A DNA stretch of 64,000 nt, taken from a virus. Taxonomy: Duplodnaviria > Caudoviricetes. Made by a program: the position numbers and the translations under genes. The notes below the pieces were generated by a model. The model was not told where the DNA came from. It did no database searches and saw only the letters and a list, made by a program, of their open reading frames with translations. Below, in pieces: positions 1 to 6,032 of this stretch. Position 1 is the first letter of the stretch. Each line of letters opens with the position of its first letter. The stretch lies in the IMG/VR virus record IMGVR_UViG_3300032007_000009; one strand, given 5' to 3'.

Positions 1-25
1 TTCTTAAAAAATATTTCACTGAATA

Positions 26-53
26 TTGAAATTGTTTTAAAAAGAACTATATT
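26..53 (+). promoter_or_regulatory. Putative phage promoter TTGAA-N15-17-ACTATATT driving the tRNA operon
   Basis: Same bipartite motif recurs at 5362, 7886 (variant), 22006, 27318 and 58415, each upstream of a + strand unit. Confidence 0.55.
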
Positions 54-100
54 ATTAATATAATATTTAAATTCTAATATTATTTAGAAAATTGAATTCG

Positions 101-118
101 AGATCTTTGACATGTTGG
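101..118 (+). promoter_or_regulatory. boxA-like antitermination element
   Basis: AGATCTTTGACATGTTGG resembles rrn-leader boxA (TCTTTGACA); lies between promoter and first tRNA. Confidence 0.5.
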
Positions 119-292
119 TACAAAAAATATAAAAACTGATTAGGAAGAGGAGTGGTGGAAAACCCCTTTCAATGGGATGCCAAGCAACCCAGCGAAATAG
201 TTCAGTAAATATAATATGGTCAGTAACCACAGTTGAATTTATTCACAAGTTGGTCAGTAACCATTAACAGAATTTCCTTATCATTATAAAAT

Positions 293-375
293 GCCTTCTT
301 CGCATAGTTGTCGATTGCACCGCACTTGTAATGCGGATCCTTTCGGACACGTTGGTTCGAATCCAACAGAAGGCT
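293..375 (+). tRNA. tRNA-Thr(TGT) with long variable arm
   Basis: GCCTTCT/AGAAGGC acceptor, CCGCA-CTTGTAA-TGCGG, GTTGG-TTCGAAT-CCAAC, 14-nt V region. Confidence 0.85.
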
Positions 376-614
376 CAAGTCGGAAGTTAAGTAATAACAT
401 CCTGGCGTATGGTATCAACTGCATTAAATTGTAAATGAACGAGTAGCCCTCAGAGTAAGATGAATTGAATGGACAAACTTCGGGAGATTAATTAATCGTT
501 ATTACCGGTTATTCAATTATTAACAAATGAAATGAGATTACCAAAGGAATTGTTGAAAGAGTAAGTCTTGGGAAGGTCGGGAAGTGAAATACAACCCACG
601 GCGATTTTTAATTT

Positions 615-687
615 GGGGGCGAATGTTCCAAGGCAGGCGATTGACCTTTGCAAGGTTGATGGGAGAGTTCGATTCTCTTCGTTTCCA
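615..687 (+). tRNA. tRNA-Ala(TGC), divergent
   Basis: G3-U70, A73, loop TTTGCAA, TTCGATT T-loop. Confidence 0.75.
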
Positions 688-694
688 CAATTAA

Positions 695-796
695 GTTACA
701 CAATGCTGTGTTGGTTATCAAACGAGTGGACGCAACATTTAGATTATTCTATAAATCGCAGAACGTATCATGGGTTCGAATCCCATTTGTGTAACA
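695..796 (+). ncRNA. tRNA-like RNA (acceptor + T arm, no recognisable anticodon arm)
   Basis: GTTACACAA/TTGTGTAAC closing helix adjacent to ATGGG-TTCGAAT-CCCAT. Confidence 0.5.
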
Positions 797-900
797 ATCG
801 GCTCATTATTGAGAGTTAATAATATTATACATGATGAAAGACTGCAAACTTTCTGATTGGCTTTCATTAATGAACAAGAGGTTCAGATTGCAGCTGAACA

Positions 901-1005
901 TATGTAATGGTGTAGTTGGGAGCACACTGCGCGAAGCTTTAGGGTGCCAAGAGAAATTCCTTATAAAGGCAGCGCGGAGGGTAGGGTTCGAATCCCGTTA
1001 TGTAG
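901..1005 (+). ncRNA. tRNA-like RNA with ~39-nt insert in place of the anticodon loop
   Basis: D arm GTGT-AGTTGGGA-GCAC, stem CTGCGC/GCGCGG enclosing the insert, GGG-TTCGAAT-CCC; weak acceptor. Confidence 0.5.
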
Positions 1006-1154
1006 CAAATATAAAACATTCATAAAAGAAATCAGTCAGGTCGCGAACTGCAACTCAAAGTAGGTTATGAATGAGTCCGTTCGAATAATTTGATAATTCA
1101 GGGTGCTCTGAACACTCTCACATCGGTAGAAGTAGAATCCGGTGCGGACAAATT

Positions 1155-1226
1155 GCTCCGTTAGCTCAGTGGTAGAGCAGTAGACTGTTAATCTATTGGT
1201 CGTAGGTTCGAATCCTTCACGGAGCG
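1155..1226 (+). tRNA. tRNA-Asn(GTT)
   Basis: Canonical cloverleaf, loop CTGTTAA, G73. Confidence 0.92.
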
Positions 1227-1233
1227 CAATTAT

Positions 1234-1308
1234 GGGGATATAGCTATAATGGTTAGAGCAGCGGCCTGTTAAGCCGACGGTTTGTGGGTTCGAATCCCTC
1301 TGTCCCCG
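1234..1308 (+). tRNA. tRNA-Asn(GTT)
   Basis: GGGGATA/TGTCCCC, loop CTGTTAA, G73. Confidence 0.88.
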
Positions 1309-1385
1309 CACGGTTGGTGTTTATAAATTTTAACGTTACAAAAGGTTTAGCAACTGGAACCGAAACAGGAAAAAATTTATCGCAT

Positions 1386-1465
1386 GCCTCCATGGCGGAA
1401 AGGTCTACGCAGCAGACTTAAAATCTGTCCTTAATTGGGTCTGGGTTCGAATCCCAGTGGAGGTA
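1386..1465 (+). tRNA. tRNA-Leu(TAA)
   Basis: Type II cloverleaf, loop CTTAAAA, A73. Confidence 0.9.
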
Positions 1466-1508
1466 CAATATTGAAATAAATTAGTAAATAATCTATTTTA
1501 ATATATAT

Positions 1509-1593
1509 GCCGGGATGGTGTAAAGGTAGCCACGAGGGACTTAAAATCCCTTGGACCGGAAGGTTCGTGCGGGTTCGAGTCCCGCTCCCGGTA
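1509..1593 (+). tRNA. tRNA-Leu(TAA)
   Basis: AGGGA-CTTAAAA-TCCCT, long V arm. Confidence 0.93.
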
Positions 1594-1626
1594 CATAATA
1601 AAGGATCACTTAGGTGACAGATATTT

Positions 1627-1701
1627 GGTCCATTGGTATAACGGTTAGAATATGTGACTGTCGATCACAAGATGAGGGTTCGACTCCCTCATGGACCGCC
1701 A
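1627..1701 (+). tRNA. tRNA-Asp(GTC)
   Basis: TGTGA-CTGTCGA-TCACA, G73, encoded CCA. Confidence 0.93.
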
Positions 1702-1722
1702 AATAACTAAGTGATTAAATTT

Positions 1723-1797
1723 GGTGGCGTGGTTTGAATAGGTTACAATGCCGGACTGTCAATCCGTGTGGTGGGGGTTCGAGTCCCCTCGTCACCG
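1723..1797 (+). tRNA. tRNA-Asp(GTC)
   Basis: GGTGGCG/CGTCACC, loop CTGTCAA, G73. Confidence 0.85.
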
Positions 1798-1977
1798 CAA
1801 ATAGAAATTAACATTTATAAATAAATAAAATTAAAACATATGAAAACATTGAAACGAAAACGTTAAATGTGTATGTTTCCATAAAGCAATTGGTATTTGA
1901 GTTTTTCCAATAAGAAGCATGCACTATAAATCAAAATTAAACTTGAACAATCAAATTTAAATTGAATTATTTTGTAT

Positions 1978-2053
1978 GCCTCTGTAGCTGAGTGGTAAAG
2001 CTCCAGCCTTTTAAGCTGCGTGATCGTGGGTTCGATTCCCACCGGAGGTACCA
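1978..2053 (+). tRNA. tRNA-Lys(TTT)
   Basis: Loop CTTTTAA, encoded CCA. Confidence 0.9.
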
Positions 2054-2057
2054 TATT

Positions 2058-2146
2058 GCTTCGTTCGTATATCGGTAAGTGCTGGAGACAGACGATTACC
2101 TCTGACTTTTAATCAGATAAGCTGGGTTCGACTCCCAGACGAAGCA
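2058..2146 (+). tRNA. tRNA-Lys(TTT) with ~17-nt hairpin insert in the D-loop
   Basis: GCTTCGT/ACGAAGC, TCTGA-CTTTTAA-TCAGA; extra CTG-GAGA-CAG hairpin after D-loop GG. Confidence 0.8.
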
Positions 2147-2154
2147 CAATAAAT

Positions 2155-2228
2155 GCTCCGTTAGCTCAGCTGGTCAGAGTAGGTGTCTCTTAAACATCGG
2201 GTCCTGGGTTCGAATCCCAGCCGGAGCA
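2155..2228 (+). tRNA. tRNA-Lys(CTT)
   Basis: GGTGT-CTCTTAA-ACATC, canonical arms. Confidence 0.9.
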
Positions 2229-2239
2229 CAAATAAATTT

Positions 2240-2313
2240 GGGGGTATCGTTCAGCAGGTAAGGATATCTGGCTTACATCCAGAAGATCGGTGGTTCGAAT
2301 CCATCTGCCCCTA
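2240..2313 (+). tRNA. tRNA-Val(TAC)
   Basis: TCTGG-CTTACAT-CCAGA, A73. Confidence 0.9.
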
Positions 2314-2693
2314 CTTTTGCATGTCATGTTAAGAATTAATCTCTGATACATGAATTATCATAGATAAAGAATTAATTATAGATGTCAAATGACGGAGGTT
2401 AACATATAATCATTCTAATCCTGTAGTATAAAGGTCTTGTGATTATAATTATACAGTTGAAATTCTGTGAAGAAATGATTTTCATATTGAAAATCAGAAT
2501 GAAGAAGAAATGGAAATGGATATGATTAATCTGTTTGAGAAAATCGATTAATCTTTAGGGAATAAACCTACCCCTTTATAGTAGGTAATGGTAAACATCG
2601 CGTTTATCTACGGGTGAATCTAAACTGATACCGTGTAGAGTGCTACATAAAATGTTTAGCAGTTTGTAGAAACACTGTGAGTTTCTACTTTTT

Positions 2694-2783
2694 GGGCCGG
2701 CAGCAACGATTGGTGGTGTTGTGCTAGACTGTAAATCTAGTCCCTCCGGGTAAACATTGGGGGTTCAAGTCCCTCCCGACCCA
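2694..2783 (+). tRNA. tRNA-Tyr(GTA)
   Basis: CTAGA-CTGTAAA-TCTAG, long V arm, A73. Confidence 0.85.
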
Positions 2784-2859
2784 CTGGCATCAGAACCAAG
2801 GTTCGAATCCTTGGAGAAGTAGTACTACTTAGTTTAGAAATGGTTAAAACGGTGTAAGT
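2784..2859 (+). ncRNA. Circularly permuted tRNA mimic (T arm, closed acceptor-like hairpin, then D arm; YrlA-like topology)
   Basis: GCATC..CAAGG-TTCGAAT-CCTTG..AAGTAG-TA-CTACTT..GTTT-AGAAATGGTTA-AAAC..GGTGT. Confidence 0.6.
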
Positions 2860-2948
2860 CCGAGTTTTATTAAAAATTAAATTTTAAGAGTTATGAAGGA
2901 AGCAGTATTTTATTGTGGTATAGATGACTCAGAAGCATTCTATACCAA

Positions 2949-3040
2949 GCCAGTCTAACGTTCGGTGGTCTGTAAAACCACTCCGCTTTAACAAATAGAC
3001 GTATGGTTGCGGTAAATAGGTTCGAATCCTTTGACTGGCA
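2949..3040 (+). ncRNA. D-armless tRNA-like RNA, anticodon GTA, long variable arm
   Basis: GCCAGTC/GACTGGC-A, only 9 nt between acceptor and GTGGT-CTGTAAA-ACCAC, TTCGAAT T-loop. Confidence 0.7.
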
Positions 3041-3115
3041 CTAAGCTTCTGTTTATAAATTTTAGATTGCTTTAGTTAGGCATAACTTAAAAGGAATGGT
3101 AAAAATTTATCGTAT

Positions 3116-3250
3116 GCCGGTTTATCACAGTATATTGGTAACTGTAGCCGCCCCGTACAGGCGGGTTCAACCAATCGAAAGTATATAGTTCGAGACAATA
3201 TATATGAATAGAAGTTGAATATGTGAATAGGTTCGATTCCCACGATGGCA
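3116..3250 (+). ncRNA. Degenerate tRNA-like RNA with ~55-nt variable-arm insert
   Basis: D stem ACAG/CTGT, CCGCC-CCGTACA-GGCGG, insert closed by TTCAAC/GTTGAA, bulged T arm, imperfect acceptor. Confidence 0.5.
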
Positions 3251-3258
3251 CAAATGAT

Positions 3259-3329
3259 GACCCCATAGCTTAGTGGTAAAGCCCGTGACTTTTAATCACG
3301 TGACCTGGGTCCGATTCCCAGTGAGGTCA
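3259..3329 (+). tRNA. tRNA-Lys(TTT)
   Basis: CGTGA-CTTTTAA-TCACG; variant T-loop TCCGATT. Confidence 0.85.
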
Positions 3330-3347
3330 CAAAAATATTTTGAATAT

Positions 3348-4010
3348 ATGTTTAATTGTAAATATTGCAATAAAGAATGCAAAAATTTAAATTCATTACA
3401 TAACCATGAAATTTTATGTAAAGAAAATCCAAATCATAAAGAATCTAATTTTATTAAATTTAATAAAGATACTTCTCGTAAGCATTCAAATCAATATATA
3501 AAAGCTAAAGAAGAAGGAAAAGAAATAATTATGTCTGATGAAACAAAGAAAAAAATATCTTGGCTAGGAAAATATCATTCAGAAGAATCAAAACAAAAAA
3601 TTTCTAAATCAAGAAAAAAATATTTAAATAATAATCCAGATAAAATTCCTTTTAAGTTAAATCATTCGTCAAAACAAAGTTATCCAGAAAAATATTTTGA
3701 AGAATTATTCATTAAAGAAAATATTCCATTAAAATATCATAAACAGATTGATAGATATGAATTAGATTTTTATAATGAAGATTTAATGAAATATGTAGAA
3801 ATTGATGGAGAACAACATTATTCAGATTATATGATTCAACATGATAAAGAACGTAATGAATATTTAAAACAAAAAGGTTGGGAAGGAATTAGAATACGTT
3901 GGTCTGAATATAAAAAAATGAATAATGATGATAAATATAAAGTAATTAATAGTATAAAAGAATTTATTAATTGCCTCCTTGGCGTTAATGGTAGCGTACC
4001 AGATTCTTAA
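3348..4010 (+). CDS. Free-standing homing endonuclease (Zn finger + NUMOD3-like + DUF559/Vsr-like nuclease)
   Basis: CKYC..HEILC, GKYHSEESKQKIS (NUMOD3-like), YELDF..VEIDGEQH..HDKERNEYL..GWEGIRIRW; true start likely ATG 3348 since the upstream extension lies in a tRNA. Confidence 0.8.
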   Translation: MFNCKYCNKECKNLNSLHNHEILCKENPNHKESNFIKFNKDTSRKHSNQYIKAKEEGKEIIMSDETKKKISWLGKYHSEESKQKISKSRKKYLNNNPDKIPFKLNHSSKQSYPEKYFEELFIKENIPLKYHKQIDRYELDFYNEDLMKYVEIDGEQHYSDYMIQHDKERNEYLKQKGWEGIRIRWSEYKKMNNDDKYKVINSIKEFINCLLGVNGSVPDS

Positions 4011-4045
4011 TCTGCGAGGTCTGGGTTCGAGTCCCAGAGGGGGTA
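3973..4045 (+). tRNA. tRNA-Lys(CTT)
   Basis: GCCTCCT/AGGGGGT, loop TTCTTAA. Confidence 0.85.
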
Positions 4046-4055
4046 CAAATTATAT

Positions 4056-4127
4056 CGCGGAAGCAGTGTGTTGGTCGCATACAAGGCTCATAACCTTAGT
4101 GGTGGGGTTCGATTCCCACTTCCGCAA
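4056..4127 (+). tRNA. tRNA-Met(CAT), initiator-like
   Basis: C1:A72 mismatch, loop CTCATAA. Confidence 0.8.
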
Positions 4128-4385
4128 CTAAATTTTATAAATCGATATGGAAAAAAGAGGTGAGGCATTTGGAAAAATCTGCAGAAAGTACAAATGAGAT
4201 TGAGAGTTCCTCGAGTACGTTGACGTTGACTATACGTACACCGTTAGCTGGTAAGAGATATCCCTCGTTAAATCGAGATAGTCAAAAGGACATTAAAGCT
4301 ACCTGTGGTCAATTGAAGTAGTGAATAGGCATCCTGGACCGCAACCTTGAACACGGTTTAGAAGAAGATTTATAAAATTTAATTT

Positions 4386-4464
4386 ACAGCGGTATCGTCG
4401 CAGTCTTATACACTGACATTAACCACGTAATAGGTGTATGTGGGTTCGAGTCCCACCCGCTGTA
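4386..4464 (+). ncRNA. D-armless tRNA-like RNA, anticodon TAT, long variable region
   Basis: ACAGCGG/CCGCTGT-A, ~8-nt linker, CAGT-CTTATAC-ACTG, GTGGG-TTCGAGT-CCCAC. Confidence 0.7.
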
Positions 4465-4469
4465 CATTT

Positions 4470-4606
4470 GGGTAGGTAACATAAGAAAAGATTTAAAACT
4501 TCGTTCGTTGTTCTCCGAAAGGTAGTGTAGAATCGTGAGTTACTTCAAAGGTTAATGTATTTGTCTGTTAAACAAAAGAGTGTTGGTTCGAGTCCAGCCC
4601 TACCTA
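4470..4606 (+). tRNA. tRNA(GTT, Asn anticodon) with ~64-nt Y-RNA-like insert in the D-loop
   Basis: GGGTAGG/CCTACCT, D stem ACAT/ATGT split by insert ~4485-4548, TTTGT-CTGTTAA-ACAAA, T arm intact; A73 rather than G73. Confidence 0.75.
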
Positions 4607-4624
4607 CAATGTGGCGACGGCCAC

Positions 4625-4689
4625 GGGCCAGTAGTAATAAGAGAAAAACACCTGACGGGGAGTTGGAGGTTCAAATCCTCTCTGGTCCA
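4625..4689 (+). ncRNA. 65-nt Ala-identity tRNA mimic lacking an anticodon loop
   Basis: GGGCCAG/CTGGTCC with G3-U70 and A73, T arm GGAGG-TTCAAAT-CCTCT, anticodon arm reduced to CC-TGAC-GG. Confidence 0.6.
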
Positions 4690-4699
4690 CAATTATAAT

Positions 4700-4831
4700 G
4701 GTGCAGTAGCTAAACGGGAATTAAAAAACTTCATTCGTTTTTCTTCAGTAATTGATAGTGTAGAGTGCGAGTTACTTCAAAGCATTAATATGTAAAATTA
4801 AGGAAAGTTGGTTCGACTCCAACCTGCACCG
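4700..4831 (+). tRNA. tRNA-like RNA (loop ATGTAAA, GTA) with ~60-nt Y-RNA-like insert in the D-loop
   Basis: GGTGCAG/CTGCACC-G, D stem GCT/AGC split by insert ~4718-4779, TTAAT/ATTAA stem, short V loop. Confidence 0.7.
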
Positions 4832-4902
4832 CAAATTCCTATAGGCAGCTGGTTATTAGGGTCTTGTCTCCAGCTGTGAACAAAAAAGACCGACCACTAA
4901 AT

Positions 4903-4988
4903 GTGTCTTTGGCCGAGCGGTTAAGGCAGCAGACTGTTAATCTGCCGTGGAGAAATCCCAATCGTAGGTTCGAATCCTACAGGGCACG
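4903..4988 (+). tRNA. tRNA-Asn(GTT) with long variable arm
   Basis: GCAGA-CTGTTAA-TCTGC, 18-nt V region, G73. Confidence 0.85.
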
Positions 4989-5006
4989 CTACATTCTTGC
5001 AAGAAT

Positions 5007-5078
5007 CGGGATTTGGTGTAATGTTAAGCACAGGGTTGTATTTGTGCAACCAGGTGAAGTTCAAATCTTCGGTCCCAA
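5007..5078 (+). pseudogene. Degenerate tRNA-like RNA, anticodon not assignable
   Basis: D stem GTGT/GCAC, GGTTG/CAACC stem with 8-nt loop, GAAG-TTCAAAT-CTTC. Confidence 0.45.
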
Positions 5079-5088
5079 CAAAAAACTA

Positions 5089-5332
5089 GGCGATGGAGTT
5101 TAATAAGGAAGTTTTCTGTTTAATTTTCCGGCAGGACTGTTATTTTTATATTAATGGCAATACTTATCGACGGGTAAGCACCCAAATATAAAGTATAACA
5201 AATTAAACAAGATGTGTGGTTAGAGGTCAAGCAGGCCCGGGAGAAAGTGAGGAACCAAGTTTCCACATGTTGAAAACAAAGAATACCGGCGTGACAAGCC
5301 GGAGGCTATGGGTTCGAGTCCCATCATCGCTA
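5089..5332 (+). tRNA. tRNA-Val(GAC) with ~170-nt structured insert in the D-loop
   Basis: GGCGATG/CATCGCT-A, D stem GTTT/GAAT, CCGGC-GTGACAA-GCCGG, ATGGG-TTCGAGT-CCCAT; insert closed by GTTTTC/GAAAAC. Confidence 0.75.
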
Positions 5333-5441
5333 CAAGTTTATTAAAACTATTTTGAATTTAATTGAATAATATTAATATATAAAACTATATTTTTAATAAT
5401 TAACGAAGTTATTATAAAAAAGTATTATAATTAATTACAAT

Positions 5442-5514
5442 GGGATTTAGGTCAAACGGTTAAGATGTCTGCCTGTCACGCAGCACGGAGCGGGTTCAAC
5501 TCCCGTAAGTCCCG
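5442..5514 (+). tRNA. tRNA-Asp(GTC)
   Basis: CTGC-CTGTCAC-GCAG, G73. Confidence 0.85.
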
Positions 5515-5522
5515 CATAATTT

Positions 5523-5596
5523 GGGGTGTTGGCGCAGTCGGTTAGCGCAGGAAGCTTATACCTTCAAGGTCGGTGGTTCAAGTCCATCACACCCTA
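5523..5596 (+). tRNA. tRNA-Ile(TAT)
   Basis: GAAG-CTTATAC-CTTC, canonical arms, A73. Confidence 0.88.
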
Positions 5597-5625
5597 CTTA
5601 AAAGAAATAACTATTATTAATATAT

Positions 5626-5709
5626 CGTGGGGTAGTCTAATGGTAAGATGCAAGGCTCATAACCTTGAGACAGAAAATGCTTGTGTTGGTTCGATTCCAA
5701 CCCCCGCAA
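5626..5709 (+). tRNA. tRNA-Met(CAT), initiator-like, long variable arm
   Basis: C1:A72, CAAGG-CTCATAA-CCTTG, 17-nt V region. Confidence 0.8.
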
Positions 5710-5711
5710 CT

Positions 5712-5802
5712 AATTTCATTTGTTGTAGAGGAGAGTTACTTCATTTATAAAGAATTTTAGATCAGGTTTTCAAATACTTTCTTCGAGTGTTACAATGAAA
5801 TT
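5712..5802 (+). ncRNA. Free-standing Y-RNA-like module
   Basis: Bulged lower helix, TGTA/GAGTGTT internal loop, 9-bp helix GAGGAGAGT/ACTTTCTTC, followed by TACTTCA. Confidence 0.6.
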
Positions 5803-5803
5803 C

Positions 5804-5890
5804 GCCGGATTGGCCCAGTGGTCGACGGCGTCTGACTTGTAATCAGAATCTTGCAATACAGACACGTAGGTTCGAATCCTACATCCGGCT
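5804..5890 (+). tRNA. tRNA-Thr(TGT) with long variable arm
   Basis: GCCGGAT/ATCCGGC-T, TCTGA-CTTGTAA-TCAGA, 18-nt V region. Confidence 0.85.
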
Positions 5891-6032
5891 CATCAAAAGT
5901 AGTTAACGACTCAACGTAACGTATTTCGTCCCTGATAATTAGTAGCGACTAATCAAACGAGTTTCCTAATCGTAGGTAGGTATTGTGGTACGGTTATAAT
6001 CCACTTTATAAAATATATTTTATAAATAGAGG

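Noticed and set aside
4485-5280. Group I/II intron or archaeal bulge-helix-bulge interpretation of the D-loop inserts
   Set aside because: Most are too short, and no recognisable catalytic core or BHB junction was seen by eye; splicing is still untested
5920-5965. Hammerhead ribozyme
   Set aside because: CTGATAA and TCAAAC deviate from the CUGANGA/GAAA core
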